Shown: positions 19,740-31,242, numbered from the stretch's first letter. The stretch: 64,000 nucleotides of DNA from an uncultured delta proteobacterium (GCA_963771175.1 CAVYSY010000031.1:160001-224000), one strand, 5' to 3'. Made by a program: numbers and translations. Notes: generated by a model not told the origin, from the sequence alone.

Positions 19740-22700
19740 TCACCGGGTGGCGCCTACGGCCTGGGCGCAGGCCTCGGCGTTCTCGTGACGGCACGCGTGC
19801 AGGTTGCGCGGCACCTCCATCCAGTAGATGTCCGGGGTGGGACGTTCTTCTCGTCCGCAGCGTCTCCGGCGTGGCCCTTCGCCCGGGCGCGTCACCGCGC
19901 ACGTCGTAGCGGATGGCCGCCCGTCGGCGACAGCGACGGTGATCGCGCGAGGCCTCGCTCGGAGGTGCCGTGACGAGATCGTTGCGTCTGTAGGGCATGT
20001 AGCCGATCAGCTCACCCGTTGTCGTTGTACAGCCGGAAGCCCTCGGCCAGGTCCGGCAGACCGGTGATGACGTCCGCCTGCCACGAGTAGGACATGTCAC
20101 CCGAGCCCGACCAGCGAGCAGGCCGGGCACGCGCCACCCGCGGTCGGCGCGAAGGAGGGCCAGAGACGACGCCCGAGATGATGGTCGAGCCGGCCGCCGT
20201 CCGCTCCTGCAGCCCGGCGTAGCGCATGAACCAGCCCGGCCCCCACGGAGCTCTCGGCGAGCGCGGCCATCTTCGCCGATGGGATGTAGTTCACCACCTT
20301 GCCCTCCGGCGTCCGGCGCAGGTGCTCGTAGGCGTCATCCGGAATGGTGACGTCCACCAGCGAGCACGCGATGGGCACGCCCATGCCGCCGGGCCGCAGT
20401 CGAAGCCCGCCGTGTCCGTCACGCGCATCTTGTCGAACGTCGACCGCACTCGTCGGCGTCGATCGAACGTGCGCTGCGAGCCACCGTACGCGTGGAAGCC
20501 GAAGTAGCGGTTGCTCGGCACGGTCGTCGTGTCCGTCGGCGCTCAGCTTCAGGTGCGCGGTGCACGCCCGGTCGAGCTGGCTCTGCGTGCACGTCCACAT
20601 GGCCACCTCGCGCGAGGACTCGCATCTTGGACGTCGGCACCGCGTCGGTCGGGGACGTGTAGCGTGCCGGTGCCGAGCGCCGCGTCGGGGCAGGCGATGT
20701 TGAGAGTCGGTCAGCTCCATGCTTCGAGGCCTTGCACACCGACGTCATCCACGGCCCGGACAGGCTCTCGTTGTTGGTCTTCAGCACGCCCGCCTCGTAC
20801 TCGATGACGTGGTGCGCGCGTCCGGCCGTTGACGTCGGCCGAGAAGATGGCCGACACGTCGCACTTCAGCCGCACGCACGCCAGCAGGTCGTCCGGGCCG
20901 CAGTCGGTGCCCGCGTGGTGCGCAGGTGCTGCCGGTCGCCGGTGCCCATGTAGCTGCGCAGCCAGCCCGTCTCCGGCTGGAGTGATGTTGGAGGCGATGT
21001 TGGAAGAAGGGCGCCTTCAGGTAGGCGTTCTTGGGCCCGCCCACGGAGGAGTCATCACGCGACATCTCCAGCGAGCGCGCGCCGTACCAGTTCTTCACGA
21101 CCTGCCGTGCTGCTGTTGCGCTCGCCCGGCTCGAAGAAGCGGAACGTCCACACCTGGCCCGCCCATGTCGCCCACGACCATGGTGTCGAAGAAGCCGTCC
21201 AGGTCGCGCTCGCACGTTCTCCGCCTTGCCCATGTCCACCAGCGCCGGCGAGGCCGCCACGGGCATCATCTGGTTCAGCAGCGTCCTTGTAGGAGCTCGA
21301 CCCGCCCGGGGCCCGGGTGGGCCTCGCGGACCACAGCTTATTGCCCGTCCACACGTCCACCATGTAGACGCCGCGGCCACGCGAGAGGTCCGCGCTGTAG
21401 CCGCCGTTGAGCATGACGACCCAGCGCTCCTCCCAGCCCCGCGCGGTGCTGGACGGGGTGTGGCGGCGGCTTGAGGCGCACCGGCCCGATGGGCGGCGGC
21501 TTGGGCGCGAAGTTGGACCAGGACTGGCCCATGCTGGCCGACTCCGGGTCGCACGCGTTGGGGAACATCCAGCGGAACGGCCTGTGCCGGATCCGCCCTT
21601 GCCAGCATCTGCGTACGGGTCCGTCACGTCCAGCGCGATGTAGCGCTGGCCGCCGCCACGCTCGGTGATGACGGCGAGGGTGCGGAACTCCTCCGGCTGC
21701 TTGACGCCGTCTCGCGCACGCCCGTCATCGGCCCCGTCCGCCCAGACGTCACGCACCATGGGCGTGCCGTCCACGAAGTACTCGTGCCCGGAGCACGATC
21801 AGCCCCAGCTTGGGCAGCAGGTCCGGCGGGATGAAGGCCCACATCTCCTGGCCGGTGCCCAGGTCGTAGATGTCGTCCAGGACGTTCTTCCGCGTCCTTG
21901 CCGGGGATGGCCCGCGCCCACGTGGATGGCGTGCAGCATGCCGCCGTTGGAGCCCACCAGCGCGATGCGCGTCGCGAGTGGCGTGCAGTGTCCTTGATAC
22001 GTCGCCATAGGCACCGTACGTGCGAGTAGGTGCGCTCGGGGTCCATCGGCGTGGGCTTGTAGCAGGGCCGGTGCCGCCACCGCGCGAGCAGCAGCGGCGC
22101 GGACGACACCGTGGTGGAGAAGTCCTCGTAGAGCGTGGGCAGGCACTGGGCGCTCAGGCCCAGGGAGCAGAGGAAGGGATCCGCGGGCGGACTCCACCGT
22201 CACGGGCGTGGAGTGGAAGATGTCCGCGAGCTTGCAGGACTTCGTGTCCGTCGCTTCTTGTTGTCCGCGCACGGCCGCTCCTCGTCGTAGATGGTGTCAC
22301 CGTCGAAGTCGAAGCACGTCCACGCCGCGGATGAAGCGGATGAGGTCGCGAGCGCACTCCTCCTGCTGCGCCGCGGTGCCCGTCCACGCGCCTTCGTCTG
22401 CCGGGAGAAGAACTGACTGCAGAAGGTGTCACCGCCCGCCAGCAGGTACTGCTGGAGCTCGGCGAGGTTGTCCGTGGTGAACTCGACGGGCGGGTTGTCC
22501 GCGTCGGTGAACTTGCCGTCGTTGTCGCGGTCGATCATCGTGAAGATGCAGCGACCGCTCATCGGGGCCGAGCGGGTTGTCGCGGTCGCAGGGGAGCATC
22601 GCCTTGCGCTCACCGACCGTGTCGCCCACGTTCCAGAAGGGCACCGCCGGGTCTGCCGCCCTCCAGCACTTGCCATCAGCGTTGAGGGAGGCAGTCGTTC

Positions 22701-24848
22701 ACCTTGACCCAGTTCGCCCTCCGTGTTCTCCTGGACGATGTTGGCGCTGGTGAAGCTGGCTGAGGGTGGGCACCGCGCCCGGCGTGACGGTGAAGCTCGC
22801 CGGCTTGTCCAGGAAGAAGGAGTCGTCGCAGTCCTTGTCGCCGTTGAGGTCGAACGGGTCCCCCGCCGTGCTCTTCGCCTTGGCCGCGTCACAGCCCTGG
22901 GCGAACTCGTTGAAGTAGAAGTAGCGGTAGAGGTGGCCCTCGTACGGACGGCCTTCGCGCGGAACGAAGCGCGGGCACGTAGACGGAGGACTGCACGCCA
23001 CCGGCCTGCACGCCGGAGATGTTGGCGGAGGAGAACGAGGTGGCGACCTGCTTCAGGTCACCGAGGGCGTCATTGATGGCCGTCCGCAGCTCTGCCGCGT
23101 TGTTGGCCCGGTAGAAGGCGCCCTTGCCGGCCACGCGCGATGCTCTGGAGCATGGCGCTGTTGTCACCGTAACCGATGGTGTACGTGCGCATCGTCTGGT
23201 TGCCCGACATGTCGCCGCGCAGGTCCATGTTGGCCAGGAAGAAGGCCACGTCATCCATGAAGTTCTTGTTCGTCGTCGCCAGACCCGTCGGCCAGTTGTA
23301 GCCGGTGTAGTCGCAGTCCTCCTTGGTGGCCTGGACGCCCGGCGCCTTCTCGAACTGGTCGCAGTAGTTCACACCGCCCGGGTTCGTGTTGGTCTCGGGG
23401 TTGTTCGGGTCGAAGGTGAGCGGCGTGCCGTCCGGGTGCTTGGCGCCCTTGGCGATGAGCATCTCCATCATCTTGGTGATGGGCACCGAGTTGTCGTACA
23501 TCGGCGCGCCGTCCGTGAGGACGATGACGGAGTTGACCTGGCAGCCGAAGCAGACGGAGCGGTCGTTGCCCGAGCCCTCCCAGGGCTGGGCCCACTTGAG
23601 CCACTCGTCGATTCTGGTAGCCCCAGGAGTTGCCCTCCTCGCCCGGTGTGCGGGTTGTCGTGGTACCGCCGGTCCAACCACCGGGCCAGCCCCAGGGCGG
23701 GGTGATGGGCTGCTGGAACCACGTCTGCCAGCGGCCATCCACCAACTGCGAGGAGAAATAGCCGCCCAGGCCGAAGAGGGCCTCGCCGATGGAGCGCTCG
23801 TTGTTGCGGAACGCCACCTTGTTGACGGCCTCCATCAGCAGGCGCTTGTCGAGCGCCGTCTCGTTGATGGTGGGGAAGGACAGGTCACACGACGGCCGCA
23901 GCTTCTCGAGCATCAGCGGGCGGGTCGTACCAGCCGTTGTTCGGGCCGAAGGTGGCCACGCCCATGCGCACGGTGTTGGTGTCGTTGATGACGTCCTTGA
24001 GCACCTTGCGCGCCACCACGAACTTGGGCGGGCGCACGTTGAGCACGCGACCACTGACGACCCAGAGGCGCCGCGCCTCGGGGGTGACGCGGCGGAATGT
24101 CGAGACGGCGTGGGCGGACTGCTGGTGCGTCGTAGGGTTTCCCGTTGAGCGTCAGACGGGCCACGCCACCAGCCCTTGCTCGCCAGACACGCCTCGCACT
24201 TCGCGATGACCGGCGAGCCCCACGCCTCAGTCCAGCTCCAGCGCGCGATTGCAGGCCGACCAGGTGGACGTGTTGCCGTCCATGGCCACGGAAGTCCCAG
24301 TCCAAGGAGAACGGGAAGTCATCCACCACCCAGCCGATGCGCCGGCCGCGGGACTGGTAGTAGATGTTCGGGTCGAAGAACTGCGGCCCGGGGATGGTGG
24401 CCTCGTCGTTGAAGTCGGCATCGTTGTCGTACACCACCGAGCCGTTCATCGTCACATCCGAGCTGTCCTTGTCGAACCAGCTCATCGCCGCCACGAGAGC
24501 CGGATCCTCGCAGCCCCACACCGAGGTGTCGCCCACCTCGGGCAACGGCTCGGGGAAGTCCTGCATGGACTCGTTGTTGCCCACCAGGAAGATGGCGCTG
24601 GGGGGCGCGGAGGGGACCTCGAAGAAGTCCTTGTCGCCTCCCATGGCGGGGCTGATCATCGTGTCGCCCACGGCCACCGCGCCCGTGCAGCACGCGGCCC
24701 GATCGGGCATGGGCACATTGCCCGAGAGGCTGGGAACGGCCAGCAGGCCCACGGCACCAGCTACCACCACGCCCGCTGCCAGTCCTACCCGGCGCGCCAA
24801 TGGTTTGCCCAAGGTGCGTCGCATGGCGTCGAAGTCGATGCGCATCAT
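19740..24848 (-). CDS. pilY1: PilY1/PilC-like type IV pilus tip adhesin with vWA-like N-terminal region, heavily frameshifted
   Basis: Fragments VIVLTDGAP and TYTIGYG (vWA-like); LADIFHSTP, VGSNGGMLHAI, DGTPMVRDVW, YIALDVTDP and MGQSWS (PilC beta-propeller); last gene of the minor pilin operon. The stop position is approximate. Confidence 0.8.
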
Positions 24849-24858
24849 AAGAAAGCTC

Positions 24859-25374
24859 CTAGATACCGAACTTCACCACGAACTCTACCTCGGTCTCGCG
24901 GCCGGTTTCGTCCTTGCAGTGAACGGTAATCTTATGCGGAACGCCACCCCTGGTGGGATCCCCATTACCGTTGGTCATGTCCACGGTGTCTCCAGAACTG
25001 CCACCCGCGGCGAGCTCCAACCTCCTGATATCGCGGACACTCACCTGTCCGATGTGGCCACTGCGCGCACATCGGCTCCCGGCAGGAACATCTCCCGCGT
25101 CGGGGCAGCCCACATCGGACGCGGCGTTCATGTCCACGTTCACCGGCTCGAGGGCCGAGGGAGGAGTAATGCCCAGGGCGTTGAAACGCGAGAGCATGTA
25201 CTGACGACCCGCGTCCGCGCACGCGAGCAGCTCATCACCGGTCTTCTCGTTCCTGGCGGCGCCCAACTCATTCTGGGAGAAGGTCACCGCGGCAGCGGCC
25301 AGCAAGCTGATCACCGCCAGCAGCACCACCACCAGCAACAGCACGGAACCACGACTACCGGAGTGTTTCTTCAT
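24859..25374 (-). CDS. pilX: PilX-like minor pilin
   Basis: Prepilin-like leader SRG-SVLLLVVVLL lacking Glu5, typical of PilX; located before pilY1. Confidence 0.75.
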   Translation of the reverse strand: MKKHSGSRGSVLLLVVVLLAVISLLAAAAVTFSQNELGAARNEKTGDELLACADAGRQYMLSRFNALGITPPSALEPVNVDMNAASDVGCPDAGDVPAGSRCARSGHIGQVSVRDIRRLELAAGGSSGDTVDMTNGNGDPTRGGVPHKITVHCKDETGRETEVEFVVKFGI

Positions 25375-25385
25375 GGGAAATCCTC

Positions 25386-26501
25386 TCAGCCTCCAGCGCA
25401 GTTGAGCCCGTCAGTCGGCAGGGACCCATTGCAGTCGGCGGGCGTCTTACCGATGCTGTAGACCGGAACGGGGAGTTGCGCGGAGCGCATGTTGCGAATC
25501 TGCACGGACACCTCGGACAGGACGCGCCGGAAGCCGTAAGGACCGGGCAGCTCCGGGCGTCCGCCGAACGCGGGAATCAGGTTCATCAGTCCAGGGCTGA
25601 TGCCCGCATCGCGGGTGCTGGTGCGCGCCACCAGGCCCACGCGCACGGCGCGGATGTTCGCTGGGTTGTTGTTGAGGCGCAAAGGATCGCGGGGAGGAGT
25701 CCCGTAGTTGGGGGCCTCCGCGGAGGGATCAGGGATGAACTCCGTGCCATTTGCATTCAGGAAGCTGACGCGCAGCGCCTCGATGTCCTCGGCCACCGGC
25801 TCGCCGAACGCGTTCGGGTCCTTCTCATCGAGGCCATGCCGGCGGAACAGGTAGGGCCGGCCTGGAGTGCCGGGGACGCCGTCGTCGTCGATGAACTGGA
25901 CGGAATAGTCGTAGACGTCGATCTTGAAGACGTGCATCGGCAGTCCGCCTGACGCGATTCCGAAGCAGGGCTCCGAGGAGAAGTCGTTGAGCCTGGGGAA
26001 GGTGCCGGTCGGCGACTCCAGGGTCATCGTGAGGGAGTTCGCGGGAGCGTCCGCGCTGAGCTGCCCGTAGGTCAACGCGAGCCCGCCCGGACACACGATC
26101 TGGATGATCTGCCCCCTGCGCAGCGCCATGGGCAGCGGACTGCCCGCGGGCAGGGTGACGACCGAGCCCGAGATGCTGGCGGCCAATGCGGCGAAGGAAG
26201 GATCGCGCATGCGGAAGACGAGCCGATCCGAGCGGTTGCGGGTCGCATCGTCCCGCCAATCGGTCGGGAAACCAAAGGCGTTGGGCGGATCCATGCCGTA
26301 GCCGGCCATGCGCAGGTTGCGCACCACCAGCTGGTGGGTCTGCCGCAGCGACGCCTGCCCACCGCGGATGCCCGCCTGAGTGTAGAAGGACTGGGTGTAG
26401 CCGAGGAAGGCCGCGGAGACCGCGAGCACCGTGATGAAGGTCACGATGGAGCCCACCATCAGCTCGATGAGGGTGAAGCCTCGTTGCCGCTGACGCCGCA
26501 T
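25386..26501 (-). CDS. pilW: PilW-like minor pilin
   Basis: MRRQRQRG-FTLIELMV N-methylation motif, NLRMAGYG, VAEDIEAL, IRAVRVGLVART; GGAGG RBS upstream of ATG 26501. Confidence 0.8.
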   Translation of the reverse strand: MRRQRQRGFTLIELMVGSIVTFITVLAVSAAFLGYTQSFYTQAGIRGGQASLRQTHQLVVRNLRMAGYGMDPPNAFGFPTDWRDDATRNRSDRLVFRMRDPSFAALAASISGSVVTLPAGSPLPMALRRGQIIQIVCPGGLALTYGQLSADAPANSLTMTLESPTGTFPRLNDFSSEPCFGIASGGLPMHVFKIDVYDYSVQFIDDDGVPGTPGRPYLFRRHGLDEKDPNAFGEPVAEDIEALRVSFLNANGTEFIPDPSAEAPNYGTPPRDPLRLNNNPANIRAVRVGLVARTSTRDAGISPGLMNLIPAFGGRPELPGPYGFRRVLSEVSVQIRNMRSAQLPVPVYSIGKTPADCNGSLPTDGLNCAGG

Positions 26502-27060
26502 CACACGCCCTCCCATCTGCACCCGCATCGTGTGGCTGGTCACGACGCGCGGCTCGCCCGCGTCCCTGTAGAGCACCTTCACCCAGATGTGGATGCGCCG
26601 CGCTCCATTGGTGGGCTCGGTATCGGTGCGAACGACGTAGAAGCGCTCGTAGCGGGTCAGGGTGTTGCTCTCGTCGGCGAAGACCGGATCCGGCAGACCG
26701 CCGAACGTGTAACCTGGCTGGTTGAGGGTCGTCTCGTCATGCATGCACGCCCTGTAGTCGCTGTAGGCGCCGGTGCCCGGCTTCAGCAGCGCGCCCGCGT
26801 TGTCCATGGGATCGTCCTGACAGGCACCCGGGGTGTCGGCGAGCCGGGGATCATCGAACGTCCCAGAGCTGGATCTGCTCCGACAGGTCATTGGCGACGT
26901 CGGTGGCCTGCAGGAGCCGGCGCGCCTGGCCCGTGGCGTTGCGCGCCTGCACGAGCGCGCCCAACAACCCGGCGAGACCCACGAGGAACACGACCGCGGC
27001 GACCATCGCCTCGATCGTCGTGAAGCCGTTGCGCCGGAGGAAAGAAGCTCGTCGCAGCAT
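26500..27060 (-). CDS. pilV: PilV-like minor pilin, frameshifts near 26860 and probably near 26512
   Basis: RRNG-FTTIEAMVAAVVF motif; C-terminus YERFYVV...IWVKVLYRD; probable stop TGA overlapping the pilW ATG. Confidence 0.7.
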
Positions 27061-27065
27061 GGGGT

Positions 27066-27851
27066 TCACCTCGATGCCGAGAAGGTCCGGACGAGGCCGG
27101 TGTTGGTGATGACGATGGCCTGGGACGTCTGGATGCCGCCACCACCCATCGGCTGGAAGGTGATGGAGCCAGAGCCATCCGCGGACCGGACGCCCTTGGC
27201 ATCGTAGAACGCCACCGTGCCGTCAGGCTCGAAGAACACGGCCCCGCGAACGGGATCGCCCGAGGTGCCATTCTCCGCGCAGAAGGTACACGGCAGGTTG
27301 CTGGGCACGAAGCAGAAGGGGGGCGGGAAGATGTTGGAGGAGCCCGAGGTGGAGCCCAGGGCGAGATCGATCTTGTTGTTCATCTCCGGGGTGCACCTCG
27401 GGTGCGCCACTGAGCCAACGGCTTTCTTGAAGCCTTCCGGCAGCACTCGCACGGAGGGGTTGAAGTGCCCCGCGTCGATCAACCGGTACTCGCTGCCCGT
27501 GGGCGCGGGAGCGGGCGGCTGCAGGTCCCTCAGATGCAACCAGTCGGTCTTGTTGATCAACGCCTGCTGCATGTTCAGCCAGGGATCCACCACCACCCAG
27601 TAGTTGATGGGATTGCCCGCATTGAATTTATCCGCGTTGAGGAGCACCACCACGCGCTCGTTGCGACCGTAGGCGTGGGAGCGCGCACTGGACAGCGTGG
27701 CGGAGAACTCGAGCGCGCCACCCGTCAGTCGCGTGCGCTGCGGCAACACCTCCAGCGCGGCGTAGGAGAGTGCGGCGAGGATGGCGACAATGCCCACGGC
27801 CGTCGCCATTTCCACCAGGGAGAAGCCGGCATTGCGAGAAGTACGCTTCAT
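27066..27851 (-). CDS. fimU: FimT/FimU-like minor pilin
   Basis: MKRTSRNAG-FSLVEMATAVGIVAILAAL; LSSARSHA; VFFEPDG; IVITNTGLVR. Confidence 0.75.
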   Translation of the reverse strand: MKRTSRNAGFSLVEMATAVGIVAILAALSYAALEVLPQRTRLTGGALEFSATLSSARSHAYGRNERVVVLLNADKFNAGNPINYWVVVDPWLNMQQALINKTDWLHLRDLQPPAPAPTGSEYRLIDAGHFNPSVRVLPEGFKKAVGSVAHPRCTPEMNNKIDLALGSTSGSSNIFPPPFCFVPSNLPCTFCAENGTSGDPVRGAVFFEPDGTVAFYDAKGVRSADGSGSITFQPMGGGGIQTSQAIVITNTGLVRTFSASR

Positions 27852-28105
27852 AGGGAGTCCATCGTGGGCGCCACCCCCAACACCACCACAACCATCCCGC
27901 GGGCGCACGAAAACGGGTCTGCTTCCGACCCCTACTACGGGTCTTCCGCCGCCTAGCTTACCGCAAATTCCATCAGGGGATCACTGCATCCCCACTCACT
28001 CGCGGAGCGAGCGAAGAGGCGGGCCCGCCCCCTCGGAAATTTCTTTTCCTGCTGCAGCCATCCCGGCATCTTCCTGGGAGCAACGCGAGATGCGAGAAGG
28101 GCGAC

Positions 28106-28972
28106 ATGACCGGGACGTATCAGACACTCACTGTGGATCTGCCGGAGGCGGAGTCGGAAGCCGCCCAGGACCTGCTGCACGAGGCGGGGGCGATGGGATT
28201 GGAGGTGAGGGATCGCGAGGGGCCCCTCATGCCCGGGGTGCGCGCGCCCTCGGCGGGAGAGGCCATCGTCGTGGCCTACTTCGAGGACGCGGACACGGCC
28301 GAGGCCGCGCGCGCGGAGCTCGCCGAGGCCTTCCCCTCGGCGCGGATGCAGCTCGAGGAGCAGCAGCAGCAGGACTGGAGCAATGCCTGGAAGGCGCTCA
28401 TCAAGTCCGTTCAGGTCGGCAGGCTCTGGGTGGGGCCGCCCTGGGACCTCCAGAACGCACCCACCGACAAGGTGCGCCTCGTCATCGAGCCGAAGATGGC
28501 CTTCGGCACGGGTGACCATCCCACCACCTCCCTGTGTCTCGGTGCGGTGGATGACTACATGGCCACACACCCTGGAGCGAGTGTGCTCGATGTGGGCACG
28601 GGGACGGGAGTGCTGGCCATCGCCGCGAAGAGGCTCGGGGCGGGCCGGGTGGTGGGCACGGACAATGATCCGGTGTCGGTGGAGCTGGCGAGGGAGAACG
28701 CGGAGATCAACGGCACACCGGAGCTGGAGCTGTCCGGCAAGGAGCTGACGTCGGTGGAGGGCACCTTCGACCTGGTGGTGGCCAACATCCTGGCGAACAC
28801 GCTCATCGAGCTGGCGCCGCTCATCGTCCCCAAGGTGAAGGACAGGCTGCTGATGGCGGGCGTGCTCGCGCACCAGAAGGCGGACGTGGAGGCGGCGTAC
28901 GTGAAGCTCGGACTGGTGCCGGAGCCGGGCGTGCAGCAAGGCGAGTGGGTGCGGCTGGACTTCCACCGCTGA
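28106..28972 (+). CDS. prmA: Ribosomal protein L11 methyltransferase
   Basis: DWSNAWK, IEPKMAFGTGDHPTT, VLDVGTGTGVLAI, DLVVANILA. Confidence 0.93.
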   Translation: MTGTYQTLTVDLPEAESEAAQDLLHEAGAMGLEVRDREGPLMPGVRAPSAGEAIVVAYFEDADTAEAARAELAEAFPSARMQLEEQQQQDWSNAWKALIKSVQVGRLWVGPPWDLQNAPTDKVRLVIEPKMAFGTGDHPTTSLCLGAVDDYMATHPGASVLDVGTGTGVLAIAAKRLGAGRVVGTDNDPVSVELARENAEINGTPELELSGKELTSVEGTFDLVVANILANTLIELAPLIVPKVKDRLLMAGVLAHQKADVEAAYVKLGLVPEPGVQQGEWVRLDFHR

Positions 28973-29038
28973 GCAGGCAGGCTCGCCTGTTCACCCCAGG
29001 TTGCCTAGCATCCGGTCCGACGAGGAGGGAGTCACCCC

Positions 29039-29527
29039 ATGTTGAAGCCCCAGACCCAGGCGCTGTTCGACGAGTACATCGCGTCCCACCAGCACCCCAC
29101 CAACCGCCTCACCCATAAGGTGGCCATCCCCCTCATCGTCCTGCACATCGTCGCCATGCTGGACTGGGTACGGCTGGTGCCCGTGCCCTTCCTGCCTGGC
29201 GGCGCGCTCACCCTCGCCTTCGTGGCCTGGGCGCTCGCCTCCATCTGGTACCTGCGCGCCGACGCGAAGCTGGGACTCATCGTCTCCGGCGCCGCCGCCC
29301 TCTGCATCCCCCTCGGCCGCCTGCTGCCCGTCTGGGCCGTCGTCGCCATCGCCGTCTTCGGGTGGCTCGTCCAGCTCGCCGGTCACGCCGTCTGGGAGAA
29401 GAAGTCCCCCTCCTTCTTCACCAACCTCATCCATGCCCTCGTCGGGCCCCTGTTCTTCGTCGCCCTGCTCACCGGCGACTACAAGCTCGGGACCCAGACC
29501 CAGGGCGCTCCCCAGGTCGCCAAATAG
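29039..29527 (+). CDS. DUF962/Mpo1-like membrane protein
   Basis: YIASHQHPTNRLTHKVAIP and QLAGHAVWEKKSPSF motifs. Confidence 0.8.
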   Translation: MLKPQTQALFDEYIASHQHPTNRLTHKVAIPLIVLHIVAMLDWVRLVPVPFLPGGALTLAFVAWALASIWYLRADAKLGLIVSGAAALCIPLGRLLPVWAVVAIAVFGWLVQLAGHAVWEKKSPSFFTNLIHALVGPLFFVALLTGDYKLGTQTQGAPQVAK

Positions 29528-29566
29528 GAAGTCCCGGGGTCGGGGTCCCTCCGGGTGACCCCACCC

Positions 29567-30880
29567 TCAGCTGGCGGTCCTCGCCAACACGGGCCGGAGC
29601 TCTTCCCGCGGCTCCGACACAGGCGCGCGACCCTCCAGCGAATACACCACCACCGCCTCCCGGCGCCCCTTCACCCGCTCCTCGGAGATGCGCTCGCCCA
29701 GGAACCGGCCCCCGCCCTCCATCCAGGTGCTCTCGCTCACCAGGATGTCCACCCCCAGCGGCTTCGTCAGTCCCTCCACGCGCGACGCCAGGTTCACCGC
29801 GTCCCCGATGATCGTGTACTCGTGCTGCTCGGCTCCGCCCAGCATCCCCGCCGCCACCACGCCCGTGTGCAGCCCGATGCCGATGCGCAACGGCGGCTCG
29901 CCCCGCTGCTCCCTCCAGGCGTTGAGCTCCACCAGCTTCGTCCTCATGTCGAGCGCCGCCTGCATCGCGTTCCGCGCGTGATGCACGTCCCCGTCCGGCA
30001 CGCCCCAGCACGCCAGCATCCCGTCCCCCAGGAACTTGTTCACGATGCCTCCGTGCCCCATGACGATCTGCCCCATGTGCCCGAAGTAATCGTCCAGCAG
30101 CTCCAGCACCGCCCGCGGCGCTAGCGTCTCGCTCAGCGCGGTGAAGTCCCGGATGTCGCTGAAGAGGATCGTCACCTCGCGCTGCACCGGCTCCAGCGTC
30201 CCGTCCCCCGTCTGCAGCACCCGCTCCACCACCTGCCTCGGCAGGAAGCGCGAGAGGTTGTCGCGCCGCCTCAGCCCCAGGAACATGCTGCTCACCGCCG
30301 TGTTCGCCCACCCGATGAGCAGCCCGAGCGCGATGTAGCAGCCGAGCACGTAGCTCACCTTGGAGAAGGAGAACGCGCCCAGCGCCCAGGACACCCCCGC
30401 GAACGTCACCGAGGCCAGCACCGTGGACAGCACCACGTGCAGCCAGCTGTAGCGCGCCACCGAGAAGGCGATCACCACCGCGCAGCTCGCCGCCAGCATC
30501 TGCGGATGGAAGCTCCCGGTGATGGCGGCGGCCCGCAGTGACATGAAGCCGAAGAAGCCACAGTCCAGGAGCATGGAGAGCAGCGGCCGCCACCTCACAT
30601 GGCTCAGGTTCGGCTTCTGGCGGCGCAGGTACACCACCAGGAAGAGGGTGAAGCCCGTGTAGAACAGCATGGCCACCATTCGCGGCGGATCCCTCGGCAG
30701 CAGCTCGTGCGACATCCGGGCGATGACGGCCTGGCTCAGCGCCACCAGCACCAGCAACGCGAGCCGCACCCAGGCCACCACGCGCTCGCCCCGCAGCGCG
30801 CTCTCGGCGAGCACCTGCTCCTGGTTCGCCTGGGACACCTCGAACCGCGCGATGGTGCTCTCACTTCCGCGACGGGCCAT
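29567..30880 (-). CDS. Membrane-bound class III adenylate/guanylate cyclase
   Basis: TM N-terminus; VTILFSDIRDFT, NKFLGDG, RIGIGLHTG, YTIIGDAVNLASRVEG. Confidence 0.9.
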   Translation of the reverse strand: MARRGSESTIARFEVSQANQEQVLAESALRGERVVAWVRLALLVLVALSQAVIARMSHELLPRDPPRMVAMLFYTGFTLFLVVYLRRQKPNLSHVRWRPLLSMLLDCGFFGFMSLRAAAITGSFHPQMLAASCAVVIAFSVARYSWLHVVLSTVLASVTFAGVSWALGAFSFSKVSYVLGCYIALGLLIGWANTAVSSMFLGLRRRDNLSRFLPRQVVERVLQTGDGTLEPVQREVTILFSDIRDFTALSETLAPRAVLELLDDYFGHMGQIVMGHGGIVNKFLGDGMLACWGVPDGDVHHARNAMQAALDMRTKLVELNAWREQRGEPPLRIGIGLHTGVVAAGMLGGAEQHEYTIIGDAVNLASRVEGLTKPLGVDILVSESTWMEGGGRFLGERISEERVKGRREAVVVYSLEGRAPVSEPREELRPVLARTAS

Positions 30881-30901
30881 GACCGCCTCCTTCCCTCGTC
30901 C

Positions 30902-31084
30902 TCATGAGAACCAAAGCCGCCCCGCCGGCTCCAATTCAGACATGCCCAAGCACGCGTACGCCGTGGCCATCGCCCTCAGCGGCAGCCCGAAGCACACCCC
31001 CGTGCAGCCATCCACCGCCACGGTGACGTGGTGCACGGACTCGACGAAGCCGGAGCGGGTGGATTCGAGGAGAAGAGAGGACAT
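30902..31084 (-). pseudogene. Internally deleted remnant of an Asparaginase_II (Rhizobium-type) gene
   Basis: ESTRSGFVESVHHVTVAV (family N-terminal motif) joined directly to DGCTGVCFGLPLRAMATAYA (family mid-protein motif); only ~60 codons. Confidence 0.6.
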
Positions 31085-31242
31085 GTCGCGCTGCGCATAC
31101 CAGGAGTGCCGCCGCTTTGCCTCCCTCCCGATGGCTCGCCCGCCCGCCGCCCCTCCCCCACGGGAGGCTGGACGGGTTGGCGCCTCCACCCGGCCGCCCG
31201 AGATTCACGGGTAGGACACATCTCCCCCCTCAGGAGCCCACC

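Noticed and set aside
17020..24848. M16 peptidase and pilY1 as true pseudogenes or programmed frameshifts
   Set aside because: Indels are too dense, also hit housekeeping genes and lack slippery motifs; treated as sequencing error.
25386..26891. Apparent PilV-PilW fusion
   Set aside because: A TGATG stop/start overlap and an RBS precede the pilW prepilin leader; one extra base in an error-prone region explains the read-through.
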